Positions 27,312-37,475 are shown, counted from the first letter of the stretch. The stretch is 64,000 nucleotides of DNA from an uncultured Gemmatimonadales bacterium (GCA_963716255.1 OY970303.1:8160001-8224000); one strand, 5' to 3'. A program made the numbers and translations. The notes: generated by a model not told the origin, from the sequence alone.

Positions 27312-27400
27312 GCCCTCTCTCCCATGATGGCGCTTCACGCTTCGCGTGAACCGGATGAAGGGAGAAGGTGGTGAGCCTCAAGCAAGCCGGGTGAGGGCCC
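27312..27400 (-). repeat. Repeat family C (long form with TTCACGCGAAGCGTGAA hairpin)
   Basis: Near-identical reverse complement of 32471-32555. Confidence 0.85.
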
Positions 27401-28191
27401 TACACCGCCACCCCCTCCACCGCCGCCGGCTCCCTCCACATCCGCGCCACCACCTCGCCCACCTCCGCCGGGTCGCCGGTGGTGAGGATGCGCACCCGCC
27501 CTTCCCTTCCCTCCGCCAGCAGTCCGCGCTCCTCCAGCACGCGCCGCGTCTGCCGGGCGATGGCGGGGGCGCTGTCCACCAGGCGCACGCCGGGCCCCAG
27601 CACCTCCGCGATCGCGGCCGACAGGAAGGGATAGTGCGTGCAGCCCAGGACCACCGTGTCCACCTCCGCCTCGCGGAAGGGCGCGAGCACCGATTCCAGC
27701 ACTCCCCGCAACGCGTCCCCTTCCAGCCGGCCATCCTCCACCATCTCCACCAGGCCGGTGCCGGGGCGGGCCACCACCTGCACGCCGCCGCAGTGGTCGC
27801 GCAGCAGGCGGGCGAAGCGCTCCGAGGCCAGCGTCCCCTCGGTGGCGAGCACGCCGATGCGGCCGGCGCGCGTGTCGCGGACGGCGGGCTTCACCGCGGG
27901 CTCCATCCCCACCACCGGGATCTCCAGCGCCTCGCGCAGCGCTTCCAGCGCCGCGCCGGAGGCGGTGTTGCAGGCGACCACGAGCATCTTCGCGCCCCGG
28001 GCCTGGAGCCACCGGCCCACGCGCACCGAGCGCTCGCGGACCTCGTCGCGGGGGCGGGGGCCGTACGGGCACCACTCGCTGTCGGCCAGGTAGAGCAGGT
28101 CCTCGGCGGGGAGGAGGGCGCGGATCTCGTGGAGCACCCAGAGCCCGCCCAGCCCCGAGTCGAAGACCGCGACCGGGGCGGCGGGGGTCAC
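27400..28191 (-). CDS. murI: Glutamate racemase
   Basis: FDSGLGG, PYG, VVACNTAS, LGCTHYP; GTG start at 28191. Confidence 0.95.
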   Translation of the reverse strand: MTPAAPVAVFDSGLGGLWVLHEIRALLPAEDLLYLADSEWCPYGPRPRDEVRERSVRVGRWLQARGAKMLVVACNTASGAALEALREALEIPVVGMEPAVKPAVRDTRAGRIGVLATEGTLASERFARLLRDHCGGVQVVARPGTGLVEMVEDGRLEGDALRGVLESVLAPFREAEVDTVVLGCTHYPFLSAAIAEVLGPGVRLVDSAPAIARQTRRVLEERGLLAEGREGRVRILTTGDPAEVGEVVARMWREPAAVEGVAV

Positions 28192-28850
28192 GGGCGCCTC
28201 CCCACGGGGAGCGAGACGTTGATCTCCGCGCCGCCGCGCCGCCCGGGCACCACCCCGATGCGCTCGTCGAAGTCCACCAGGTGGGCCGACACGAACGCGT
28301 CCGCGGCGTTGAACAGGAGGAGGAAGCCGGACAGCGTGATCCAGTCCTCCATCTGCTCCTCGCGCGCGCTCACCAGCCCGCTCTGCACGTCCTCCTCCAG
28401 CTCGCCCACCTCGCGCAGGTAGTCCTGGTTGCGGCGTGCGAAGTGGAGCTTGCGGTGGCTCTTGTACACCATCCACAGGCTCGCCGTCTCCAGCGTGAAG
28501 TAGACGGCGCCGCGCCCCGGCGACCCCACCGCCGACTGGCCCCAGCCCGGGAGCACCAGCGAGCGCAGGAACGCCCCCTTGGGCGTGATGCGCCGCACGC
28601 TGTCCGCGGCCGCGGTGTCGGGGCGGGCGGCGGCCGGGGGGAGCGGGCGCGCGACCAGGGTGTCGCGGGGCGCCATGGGCGCCGTGTCCCGCGGCGGGGC
28701 CGTGGGGCGCACCTGCGCCGCGGCGGGCGGGGCGGAAGCCGCGGCGAGACCGAGGGCCAGCGCGCAGCCCAGGAGCGCGCGCCGCAGCCGGGCGGAAGGC
28801 GGCGTCGGGAGATGGAGGGTCGGGCCGAGCGACATGGGAGCCGTTTGCAT
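28188..28850 (-). CDS. DUF5683-like exported/membrane protein
   Basis: PKGAFLRSLVLPGWGQ, DAFVSAHL..FD; start uncertain. Confidence 0.75.
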   Translation of the reverse strand: MQTAPMSLGPTLHLPTPPSARLRRALLGCALALGLAAASAPPAAAQVRPTAPPRDTAPMAPRDTLVARPLPPAAARPDTAAADSVRRITPKGAFLRSLVLPGWGQSAVGSPGRGAVYFTLETASLWMVYKSHRKLHFARRNQDYLREVGELEEDVQSGLVSAREEQMEDWITLSGFLLLFNAADAFVSAHLVDFDERIGVVPGRRGGAEINVSLPVGRRP

Positions 28851-28856
28851 CGAGAG

Positions 28857-30221
28857 CTATTCGCGGGGGAGCGCCGGGCCCGCGTCCGCGAGCGGCGTGC
28901 CGTCCCGCTTGTACACCACCCCGTCCTTCATCACGAACCCCACCCGCTTGAGGACCTCCACGTCGCGCAGCGGATCGCCGCGGACCGCCACCACGTCCGC
29001 CAGCTTCCCCGGCTGGAGCGTGCCCAGGTCGGCCACGCCCAGCAGCTTCGCCGCCTCGCCCGTGGCCGCGCCGATGGCCTGCATGGGCGTCATCCCCGCT
29101 CCCACCAGCAGCCTGAACTCGTCCGCGTTGGTGCCGTGCGGGAACACCCCCGCGTCCGTGCCGAAGGCGATGGGCACCCCGGCGCGGACCGCGCGCCGCA
29201 CCGACTCCTGCGCATGCGGCGCGATCTCCAGCGCCTTCGCCGCCGACCAGGGCGCCAGGGTACCGGCCCGGGCGCCGCGCACCACGTAGTCGAACGCCAT
29301 CATGGTGGGCACCAGGTAGGTGCCGCGGCGCTTCATCATCCGCACCGCCTCGTCGTCCAGGATGGAGCCGTGCTCGATGGACGCCACCCCCGCCTCCACC
29401 GCCGCCTTGATCCCCGCCAGCCCGTGCGCGTGGGCGGCCACCTTCCGGTCCGCCATGGCGGCCGTCTGCACGATGGCCGCCATCTCCCGCGCGTCGTACT
29501 GCTGCACCCCCACCGCGTCGCCCGCGGAAAGCACCCCGCCGGTCGCGCAGATCTTGATGACGTCCGCGCCGTACTTGATCTGGTAGCGGACCGCCGCGCG
29601 CACCGCGTCCTCGCCGTTGGCGATCCCCTCTTCGATCCCCCGCTCGCGCCCCAGGTCCGGCCGGAAGCCGTTGTCGTCGCAGTGGCCGCCGGTGATCCCC
29701 AGCGCGTGCCCCGCCGTGTAGATGCGCGGCCCGGGGACCACCCCGTCGCTCACCGCCTGCTTCAGCGCCACGTCCGCCCACTCGCCCGCGCCCACGTTGC
29801 GGATGGTGGTGAACCCCGCCAGGAGCGTCACCCGCGCGTTCTTGGCCCCCACCAGCGCCTCGTAGCCGGGGAACCGGTGCAGCTCCGCGTCCGAGTAGCC
29901 TCCGCTGGGGTCGCCGGTGATGTGGGTGTGCATGTCGATGAACCCCGGCATCACCGTCCACCCTGACAGGTCGATGCTCTCGGCCCCCGCGGGAACGCTC
30001 ACCTCGCGGCCAATCTCGGCGATGCGGTTGCCGCGCACCAGGATCGTCACGTTCTCCCGCGGCGCGGCGCCGGTGCCGTCGATCAGGCGCCCCGCCCGGA
30101 TGGCGACCACGCGCTCCGGGACGGCAGTTGTCGATGGCTGCTGCTGTGCCGTGGCGGGGGCGGCGAGCAGCGCCAGGGCGGCTGCGGCCAGGAAGCGGCG
30201 TGCGTGCAAGCGGGCCTCCAC
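28857..30221 (-). CDS. Secreted amidohydrolase (Xaa-Pro dipeptidase-like)
   Basis: PGFIDMHTH, AAHAHG, SIEHG, FGTDAG, GKLAD; signal peptide. Confidence 0.9.
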   Translation of the reverse strand: MEARLHARRFLAAAALALLAAPATAQQQPSTTAVPERVVAIRAGRLIDGTGAAPRENVTILVRGNRIAEIGREVSVPAGAESIDLSGWTVMPGFIDMHTHITGDPSGGYSDAELHRFPGYEALVGAKNARVTLLAGFTTIRNVGAGEWADVALKQAVSDGVVPGPRIYTAGHALGITGGHCDDNGFRPDLGRERGIEEGIANGEDAVRAAVRYQIKYGADVIKICATGGVLSAGDAVGVQQYDAREMAAIVQTAAMADRKVAAHAHGLAGIKAAVEAGVASIEHGSILDDEAVRMMKRRGTYLVPTMMAFDYVVRGARAGTLAPWSAAKALEIAPHAQESVRRAVRAGVPIAFGTDAGVFPHGTNADEFRLLVGAGMTPMQAIGAATGEAAKLLGVADLGTLQPGKLADVVAVRGDPLRDVEVLKRVGFVMKDGVVYKRDGTPLADAGPALPRE

Positions 30222-30307
30222 GGAGGGTTGCGGGGGGTGGCGAGGTGCGCGCGGGGAAGTTAGCAGAGGGCGGACTTCGTGGCAAAGCGCGGGCTAGGAC
30301 TGTGTGT

Positions 30308-30466
30308 GGGGCCGCTCCGGAGCCCGGCGATACTGCCGCCGGTCTCCTGCGCGGGTCGCGGAGCCAGCGGAAACTGCCCCGCTGTCTCCACTCCGGCTGC
30401 GGGAGCCCCGCCAAACTGCCGGCGGGTCTCCCTCCGCAACGGATCCGGGGGGTACTGCGGAACGGC
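30308..30466 (-). repeat. Repeat family B (triple GAGAC..GCAGTTT..GGCTC hairpin), copy a
   Basis: Three tandem hairpins ending GGAGCGGCCCC; five copies in the window. Confidence 0.88.
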
Positions 30467-30503
30467 AACGGCACGCGCCGGCGGGCTCCGGCGCGTGGTG
30501 GCC

Positions 30504-30600
30504 GCCCCCTCCCCCCGGCACCCTCCCCCGCAAGCGGGAGAGGGGGAGCACGACACGACGAGCCCGAGGGTGGCGAGCCTCAAACGAGCCGGGTGGGGGC
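30504..30600. repeat. Repeat family C composite
   Basis: CCCTCCCCCGCAAGCGGGAGAGGGG followed by GAGGGTGGCGAGCCTCAAACGAGCCGGGTG. Confidence 0.8.
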
Positions 30601-30690
30601 CGTCCGCGGAGCATCCCGCGGACACCGGTGTACCCGGTCTCGCCGCCGCCGTGGGCGTCGGCCCACGACCACGATCATCCAGGGAGATCG

Positions 30691-32454
30691 ATGCTTCAGA
30701 GCGTCCCGCCCCGCGCCGCTCGCGCGGCACTCCGGACTCTTCTCGCCGCGGCGGCGGTGGCCGGGTGCGCGCCCGCGGCGCGGGTGGCGCCCGCGCCGGA
30801 GACCGTACCCGCCGCCGCAGCGGCGGCTGCTCCGGTGCGTGGCGAGCTGGTGCTGATGGGCACCACCGACGTGCACGGGTGGCTGCTGCCGCACGACTAC
30901 TACACGGGCCGGGACACGGAGAACGGGCTGGCGCGGCTGGTCCCGCTCATCGACAGCATCCGGGCGGCGAACCCGGGGCGCACGGCGCTCCTCGAATCGG
31001 GCGACCTGCTGCAGGGCAACCCGCTGGACTTCGTGCACTCCAGGCTCGGCGAGGGCGAGCTGCACCCGGTGGCCCGCGCGATGAACCTGCTGGGGTACGA
31101 CGCGGCGGCCATCGGCAACCACGAGTACAACTACGGCATCCCTCACCTGGACGCGGTGGTGCGGCAGTCGCGGTTCCCCTGGCTGTCGGCCAACACCTTC
31201 GTGGCGGGGACGGACCGGCATGCCTACCGCCCCTCCGTGATGCTGGAGCGGGTCGTCGGCGGCCGGCCCATCCGCATCGGGGTGACCTCGGTGACGCCGC
31301 CGGGGGTGCTCATCTGGGACCGCGACAACGTGCGGGGGAAGCTGGACTTCCGCGACATCGTCGCGAGCGTGCGGCCGGTGGTGGCGGAGCTGAAGCGGCA
31401 GGGCGCCGACGTGGTGGTGGTGGCCGCGCACAGCGGGCTGGAGGGCTCCAGCTACGACACCGCGAGCACCGGCGTCCCGGTGGAGAACGCGGCCGCCGCC
31501 ATGGCCAGGGAGGTGCCGGGGATCGACGTGATCTTCCTGGGGCACACCCACCGCGAGCTGGCGGACACCACCATCGGGAGCACGCTGGTGCTCCAGGCAA
31601 AGAACTGGGCGGCCTCGCTGGCGGCGGCGACGCTGGAAGTGGAGAGCACCCCCGCGGGCGGCTGGCGCGTGGCCGGCAAGCACGGCCGCATCTTCCGCCC
31701 GGGGACGCGCCCCTCCGACCCCCGCTTCGTGGCGGAGCTCGCCCCGGCGCACGAGCGCACCCGCGCCTACGTTGGCCAGCGCATCGGCACCTCGGGGGCG
31801 GAGTGGACCTCGGCGGCGGCGCGCGTGGAGGACACGCCCATCCTGGACCTGATCAACGACGTGCAGCGCAGGGTCACGGGCGCCGACCTGTCCGCCACCG
31901 CCGCCTTCTCGCTCACCTCCCGTATTCCGCGGGGCCCCATCACCGTGGCCGACGTGGCCGGGCTGTACGTGTACGACAACACCCTCAAGGCCGTCCGCAT
32001 CACCGGCTGGCAGCTGCGCGAGTACCTGGAGAAGAGCGCCGAGTACTACCTCCCCTGCCCCGGAGGCCGCTGCGAGCGGCTCACCAGCCCCGACGTGCCC
32101 GGCTACAACTTCGACGTGGTGAGCGGCGTGGACTACGCGCTGGACCTGTCGAAGCCCGTGGGGCAGCGCGTGGTGCGCCTGGAGCGCGCCGGCCGCGCCG
32201 TGCGGCCCACGGACAGCTTCACCCTCGCCCTCAACAGCTACCGCGCGAGCGGCAGCGGCGGCTTTTCCATGCTGATCGGCGCGCCGGTGGTGTACGACCG
32301 GGGCGAGGGGATCCGCGAGCTGCTGGTCCAGGAGATCCGCCGCCGCGGCAGCATCGCCCCGCGCGACGTCTTCCGAAAGAACTGGGAGATCCTCCCCGCC
32401 TCGCTCGCCGCGAAAGCGGCGGCGGAGCAGCGTCAGCCGGGAAGCCGGCAGTAG
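30691..32454 (+). CDS. 5'-nucleotidase / 2',3'-cyclic-nucleotide phosphodiesterase lipoprotein (CpdB-like)
   Basis: VAGC lipobox, TTDVHG, GDLLQG, GNHEYNYG, GHTH, YVYDNTL. Confidence 0.92.
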   Translation: MLQSVPPRAARAALRTLLAAAAVAGCAPAARVAPAPETVPAAAAAAAPVRGELVLMGTTDVHGWLLPHDYYTGRDTENGLARLVPLIDSIRAANPGRTALLESGDLLQGNPLDFVHSRLGEGELHPVARAMNLLGYDAAAIGNHEYNYGIPHLDAVVRQSRFPWLSANTFVAGTDRHAYRPSVMLERVVGGRPIRIGVTSVTPPGVLIWDRDNVRGKLDFRDIVASVRPVVAELKRQGADVVVVAAHSGLEGSSYDTASTGVPVENAAAAMAREVPGIDVIFLGHTHRELADTTIGSTLVLQAKNWAASLAAATLEVESTPAGGWRVAGKHGRIFRPGTRPSDPRFVAELAPAHERTRAYVGQRIGTSGAEWTSAAARVEDTPILDLINDVQRRVTGADLSATAAFSLTSRIPRGPITVADVAGLYVYDNTLKAVRITGWQLREYLEKSAEYYLPCPGGRCERLTSPDVPGYNFDVVSGVDYALDLSKPVGQRVVRLERAGRAVRPTDSFTLALNSYRASGSGGFSMLIGAPVVYDRGEGIRELLVQEIRRRGSIAPRDVFRKNWEILPASLAAKAAAEQRQPGSRQ

Positions 32455-32470
32455 CAACGGCAGTACGGCG

Positions 32471-32625
32471 GCCCTCACCCGGCTCGCTTGAGGCTCGCCA
32501 CCCTTTCCCTTCATCCGGTTCACGCGAAGCGTGAAGCGCCATTCTGGGAGAGGGGACAACGGCTGGACTCCGTGCCGTGCTCCCCCTCTCCCGCTTGCGG
32601 GGGAGGGGGTCGGGGGGAGGGGGTC
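32471..32625. repeat. Repeat family C composite
   Basis: Mirror image of 30504-30600 plus an internal hairpin. Confidence 0.8.
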
Positions 32626-32636
32626 TGCCGTTCGCG

Positions 32637-32791
32637 GTTCCGCTGTACCCCGAAATCAGTTGCGGAGGGAGACAGCCGGGCAGTTTCGGCTGGCTCCCTC
32701 CGGCGCAGGGAAACCCGCCGGCCGTTTGGCGGGGTTCCCGGAGCCCGCGCAGGAGACGGACGGCAGTATCGTCCGGCTCCGGAGCGGCCCC
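32637..32791 (+). repeat. Repeat family B copy b
   Basis: Three hairpin modules; the first two are in swapped order relative to copies a, d and e. Confidence 0.88.
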
Positions 32792-32886
32792 ACCGAAGCG
32801 GAAAGCCCCCGCCCCTGACACCCTTCTTGCATCCGCGCCCACCGGACCGCACCCACCCGCAATCCTCCGCAGACACGGAGCCACGC

Positions 32887-33609
32887 TTGATCCCGCTTCG
32901 CGACGAGAACCCCACGGAGCTCACCCCGTTCGTCACGGTGATCTTCATCGCGCTGAACGTCCTGGCCTGGGTGCTCCTCCAGGGGATGGGGAGCCCGCGC
33001 GCGCTGGAAGCCTCGGTCTACGCCTTCGGCACGGTGCCGTGCGAGCTGACCGGCGCCTGCCGGCCGCAGGGACTGGTGTGGGGCGGCGTCTTCACCAGCA
33101 TGTTCATGCACGGCGGCTGGGGCCACCTGCTGGGGAACATGCTCTTCCTGTGGGTCTTCGGGAACAACATCGAGGACTCCATGGGCCATCTGCGCTTCAT
33201 CGTCTTCTACCTGGTGTGCGGCGTCGCGGCGGGGCTGGCACACGTGTTCCTGAGCCCGGCGAGCGCGATCCCCGCGGTGGGGGCCAGCGGCGCCATCAGC
33301 GGGGTGATGGGGGCGTACATCGTCCTGTACCCGCGGGTCAAGGTTCGCACCTGGGTGCCGCCGTTCTTTCTGCTGGACCTCAACGCCTTCTTCCTGCTGG
33401 CGTACTGGTTCTTCATCCAGCTGGCGACGGGGGTGCTCACCCACGGCCCGGAGGCGGGGGAGCAGGGCGGCGTGGCCGTGTGGGCGCACGTGGGCGGGTT
33501 CGTGGCCGGCGCGGTGCTCGTCCGCGTCTTCGAGAAGCGCCGGCTGGTGGACGCCAAGCGGCGCGGCGTGCACCTGTCGCGCGACGAGGTAGCGCGACTG
33601 GAGTGGTGA
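32887..33609 (+). CDS. Rhomboid family intramembrane serine protease
   Basis: TTG start (IPLRDENP), HLLGNM, GASG, AHVGGF. Confidence 0.92.
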   Translation: MIPLRDENPTELTPFVTVIFIALNVLAWVLLQGMGSPRALEASVYAFGTVPCELTGACRPQGLVWGGVFTSMFMHGGWGHLLGNMLFLWVFGNNIEDSMGHLRFIVFYLVCGVAAGLAHVFLSPASAIPAVGASGAISGVMGAYIVLYPRVKVRTWVPPFFLLDLNAFFLLAYWFFIQLATGVLTHGPEAGEQGGVAVWAHVGGFVAGAVLVRVFEKRRLVDAKRRGVHLSRDEVARLEW

Positions 33610-33702
33610 GCGTAGAATTCACGTCTTCCGCCCGTTCGCTGCCCGTTCCCGGCGCACCCCGCCCCGCGCCGGCTTCCGCTCACCGTTCAACGGCTCGCCC
33701 CG

Positions 33703-35313
33703 ATGCCCGCCAGCAAGAATAGGAAAAAAGTGTTCAGGTGGCTGGTGCCGCTGTGGATCACGGCGGCACTTCTGCTGTCCGCGGGGTGGTACGCCTCCGC
33801 GCAGACGGACACCGCCGCGGTTCCCCGCCCCGTCGACACCGCGGCCGCCCCCGCCACGCCCGCGGCCGGGGTCTCGCCGGACGCCCAGGCGCCCGGCAGC
33901 GGCATCGCCGAGACGCCCGGCACCCCCGTGGACCAGGCGCGCGGGGTCGCGCCCACCGCCGGCGAGCGGGCGGCGAGCGCGCGGGAGCAGGCCGCCGGAG
34001 GCTCGCTCGCCGAGCGCGCCGTGAGCCTCCTGGGCCTGATCGTGTTCACCCTCGCGGCCTTTCTCCTGAGCGTGAACCGCCGCGCGGTGGACTGGAAGCT
34101 GGTGGCGTGGGGGCTGGGCCTGCAGTTCATCTTCGCGCTGGTGATCCTCAAGACCCGCCCCGGGCTGGAGTTCTTCGACGCGGCGAACGACGCCTTCAAC
34201 GCCCTCATCGGCTATACGGTGGAGGGCGCAAAGTTCCTGTTCGGCAACCTGGTCTACAACAACATCCCGGTGGGTCCGGGGGGAACCGGTTTCCCGCCCA
34301 TGGACCCGGTGGGGCAGACCTCCGGGTGGGCCAACGCGGGGGCGTTCTTCGCCTTCAACGTGCTCCCCACCATCATCTTCTTTTCCAGCCTGATGACGCT
34401 GCTGTACCACCTGGGGGTGATGCAGTGGATCGTGAAGGGGTTCGGCTGGGTGATGATGCGCACCATGAAGATCTCCGGCGCGGAAAGCCTGAGCACCGCC
34501 GGGAACATCTTCCTGGGGCAGACGGAGGCGCCGCTGCTGGTGAAGCCGTTCATCGGCACCATGACCAGGAGCGAGCTCCACTGCATCATGGTGGGCGGCT
34601 TCGGGACGGTGGCGGGCGGGGTGCTGGCGGCGTACGTCGGGATCCTGGTGGCCTACTTCCCCGACATCGCCGGCCACCTGATCGCCGCCTCGGTGATGTC
34701 GGCGCCGGCGTGCATCGCCATCTCCAAGATCATGTACCCGGAGACGGAGGAGCCCGTCACCCGCGGGACCATGAAGATCGAGCTGGAAAAGGTGGACGCC
34801 AACGTGATCGACGCGGCGGCGCGCGGGGCGAGCGAGGGGATGACGCTGGCGCTCAACGTGGCGGCGATGCTGCTCGCCTTCATCGCGCTGCTGGCGCTCG
34901 CCAACGGGCTCATCGGGTGGGTGGCGGGGTGGTTCGGAGCCGAGCTGAGCATCCAGATGGTCCTGGGCTGGCTGGGGGCGCCGCTGGCGTGGCTGATGGG
35001 GACGCCGTGGAAGGACGCGCTGGCGGTGGGAACGCTGATCGGCGAGAAAACTGCGCTCAACGAGTTCGTGGCGTACCTGCACCTGGGGAGCATGCTCCAG
35101 GAGGGCGCGAACCTGTCTCCGCGCTCCGTGGTGATCGCCACCTACGCGCTCTGCGGCTTCGCCAACTTCAGCAGCATCGCCATCCAGATCGGCGGCATCG
35201 GCGGCATGGCCCCGGAGCGCCGCGGCGACCTCAGCCGCCTGGGGCTGCGCGCCATGATCGCGGGAACGCTGGCCAACTTCATGACCGCGTGCGTCGTGGG
35301 GATCCTGCTCTGA
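33703..35313 (+). CDS. nupC: Concentrative nucleoside transporter (NupC/CNT family)
   Basis: FAFNVLPTIIFFS, NIFLGQTE, NEFVAY, YALCGFANFSSI. Confidence 0.93.
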   Translation: MPASKNRKKVFRWLVPLWITAALLLSAGWYASAQTDTAAVPRPVDTAAAPATPAAGVSPDAQAPGSGIAETPGTPVDQARGVAPTAGERAASAREQAAGGSLAERAVSLLGLIVFTLAAFLLSVNRRAVDWKLVAWGLGLQFIFALVILKTRPGLEFFDAANDAFNALIGYTVEGAKFLFGNLVYNNIPVGPGGTGFPPMDPVGQTSGWANAGAFFAFNVLPTIIFFSSLMTLLYHLGVMQWIVKGFGWVMMRTMKISGAESLSTAGNIFLGQTEAPLLVKPFIGTMTRSELHCIMVGGFGTVAGGVLAAYVGILVAYFPDIAGHLIAASVMSAPACIAISKIMYPETEEPVTRGTMKIELEKVDANVIDAAARGASEGMTLALNVAAMLLAFIALLALANGLIGWVAGWFGAELSIQMVLGWLGAPLAWLMGTPWKDALAVGTLIGEKTALNEFVAYLHLGSMLQEGANLSPRSVVIATYALCGFANFSSIAIQIGGIGGMAPERRGDLSRLGLRAMIAGTLANFMTACVVGILL

Positions 35314-35355
35314 CCGTCTTTTTTACGGCTTTGAACTGCTCTGGACGGCGGGTTC

Positions 35356-35489
35356 GGGCGTGCCCCCGGCGGGCGCCGGGGTCGGGCTTCGGCTCCGTAA
35401 GCGAGCAAACAACGCTCGCTAACGGAGTCGAGCCCCGGCGGAAACAACCCCGCCGGGTCTCGCCCCTTCGGGCCGAAATCCCTCACGCG
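35356..35489 (+). repeat. Repeat family A copy 5
   Basis: Forward copy downstream of nupC. Confidence 0.9.
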
Positions 35490-35531
35490 GGCCGCGGTGG
35501 GGGTTCCAGCCTCCGGCTCGCGCGTGCCGCG

Positions 35532-36086
35532 GTGCTCCTGCTGGGGCTCGGGCTGGCGGCGGGGGCCGTGGGGTGCGGGCCGTCGCGGCCGCGGGTGGAC
35601 ATCCGGACGGAGCTGGGCACCATCCGCATCGAGGTGGACTCCGCCCGGGCGCCAGCCACCGCGGCCAACTTCCTGCGCTACGTGCGCGAGGGGCGGTACG
35701 CGAGCGCGTCCTTTTACCGCGTGCGGCTCGATCCCCCGGAGCTGATGCGGCCGCCCACGGGGATCCTGCAGGGCGGCCTCTGGTACGGCGACTCCACCCG
35801 GATCCTCCCACCGGTCCCCTTCGAGAGCACGCAGCGCACCGGGCTGCGGCACACCGACGGCACGGTGTCCATGGCCCGCTTCGCCGAGGGGGACGCCCGC
35901 GCGGAGTTCTTCATCGTCCTGGGCGACCAGCCGCACCTGGACTTCCGCGGGCCGGGGAAGGCGGGGTACGCGGCGTTCGGGCGGGTGGTGGAGGGGATGG
36001 ACGTGGTGCGCGCCATCCAGGGCCGGCCCGCGCGCGGAGAGCGGCTCACGGTCCGGGTCCCGTTCCGCGCGGAGATGGCCCGGTAG
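35532..36086 (+). CDS. Cyclophilin-type peptidyl-prolyl isomerase (lipoprotein; start uncertain)
   Basis: AVGC lipobox, APATAANFLRYV, GTVSMAR, YAAFGRVVEGMDVV. Confidence 0.85.
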   Translation: MLLLGLGLAAGAVGCGPSRPRVDIRTELGTIRIEVDSARAPATAANFLRYVREGRYASASFYRVRLDPPELMRPPTGILQGGLWYGDSTRILPPVPFESTQRTGLRHTDGTVSMARFAEGDARAEFFIVLGDQPHLDFRGPGKAGYAAFGRVVEGMDVVRAIQGRPARGERLTVRVPFRAEMAR

Positions 36087-36267
36087 GCCACCGCCTGGCG
36101 GGTGGGGAGCGGCGCCTGCTGGCGGAGCGCGGCGGGGGAGCGTATCATTCTCCACCGGAGCGGTGAAATGGACGGCCTCCGCGACAGGCGGACGCACCGG
36201 TGGTGCGTCCGCCTGCGTTTTTTCCGGGATCCGGGGGCCGCGATACGAACAGCACAGGACGGTGGAC

Positions 36268-37323
36268 ATGGCGATCGAAGTCACGCGGGAGCTGCTGCAC
36301 CGCCTTCCCAAGGCCGAGCTGCACGTGCACCTGGACGGCTCCCTGCGGCCGGAGACGATGCTGGAGCTGGCCGCGGAGTACGGCAAGAAGATGCCGGCGC
36401 ACGACCCCGACCACCTGCGCGACTACATGCACGTGCAGGACGCGCGCAACCTGGTGGAGTACCTGGAGCGCTTCGCGATCACCCTTTCCGTGATGCAGAC
36501 GGCGGACGCGCTGGAGCGAATCGCCTACGAGCTGGCCGAGGACCTGGCGCGCGAGAACGTGCGCTACGCGGAGATCCGCTATTCCCCCATCCTCAACGCG
36601 CAGGAAGGCCTTCCCCTCACCGAGGCGGTGGACGCGCCGCTGCGCGGGCTCAAGCAGGCGGAGGAGGAGTTCGGGATCCGCACGGCCATCATCATCTGCG
36701 GGATCCGCAACATGGAGCCGGCGACCTCGCGCGACCTGGCGGACCTGACGGTGGCGTACAAGGACCGCGGGGTGGTGGCCTTCGACCTGGCGGGCGCCGA
36801 GTACAACTACCCGGCCAAGAAGCACAAGGACGCCTTCTACACCGTCATCAACAAGAACATGGCGGCCACCATCCACGCCGGCGAGGCGTACGGCGCCGAG
36901 TCCATCCACCAGGCGCTCCACTACTGCAAGGCCAACCGCATCGGCCACGGGACGCGCCTCTTCGAGGACCCGGACCTGATGCGCTACGTCAACGACTTCC
37001 GCGTGCCCATCGAGATCTGCCTCACCTCCAACGTGCAGACGCGGGCGGTGGAGTCGTTCGAGAAGCACCCGCTGCGCCAGTATTACGACGAAGGCCTGAT
37101 CCTCAGCCTGAACACCGACAACCGGCTGATGTCCGCCACCACCGTCACCGAGGAGTACTGGCGTGCCCACCGGTACCTGGGGTTCACCTGGGACGAGCTG
37201 GTGGACCTTTCGCTGATGGGCTTCGACAGCGCGTTCATGCACCGGACGGAGAAGCTGGCGATGCTGGCGAAGGTCCGTGAGGAGATCGCGGAGCTGGAGG
37301 CAGCGGAGGCCGTGGCGGTCTGA
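36268..37323 (+). CDS. add: Adenosine deaminase
   Basis: LPKAELHVHLDGS, TIHAGE, RIGHG, EICLTSN, NTDN. Confidence 0.94.
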   Translation: MAIEVTRELLHRLPKAELHVHLDGSLRPETMLELAAEYGKKMPAHDPDHLRDYMHVQDARNLVEYLERFAITLSVMQTADALERIAYELAEDLARENVRYAEIRYSPILNAQEGLPLTEAVDAPLRGLKQAEEEFGIRTAIIICGIRNMEPATSRDLADLTVAYKDRGVVAFDLAGAEYNYPAKKHKDAFYTVINKNMAATIHAGEAYGAESIHQALHYCKANRIGHGTRLFEDPDLMRYVNDFRVPIEICLTSNVQTRAVESFEKHPLRQYYDEGLILSLNTDNRLMSATTVTEEYWRAHRYLGFTWDELVDLSLMGFDSAFMHRTEKLAMLAKVREEIAELEAAEAVAV

Positions 37324-37349
37324 CCCCGGACGCGCCGAAGATGGAGAAT

Positions 37350-37380
37350 GGGCCGGCTCCCGCGCGGGAGCCGGCCCCTT
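37350..37380. terminator. Hairpin downstream of add
   Basis: GGGCCGGCTCCCG/CGGGAGCCGGCCC inverted repeat between convergent genes. Confidence 0.65.
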
Positions 37381-37475
37381 GCCGTTCGTCAGTCTTCGCC
37401 GCGGGGCCGGAACATGCCCCGCGGCCGGGGGCACGCCCGAACCCGCGGTTCAGTGCCGCTCCGACCAGCCCACCC

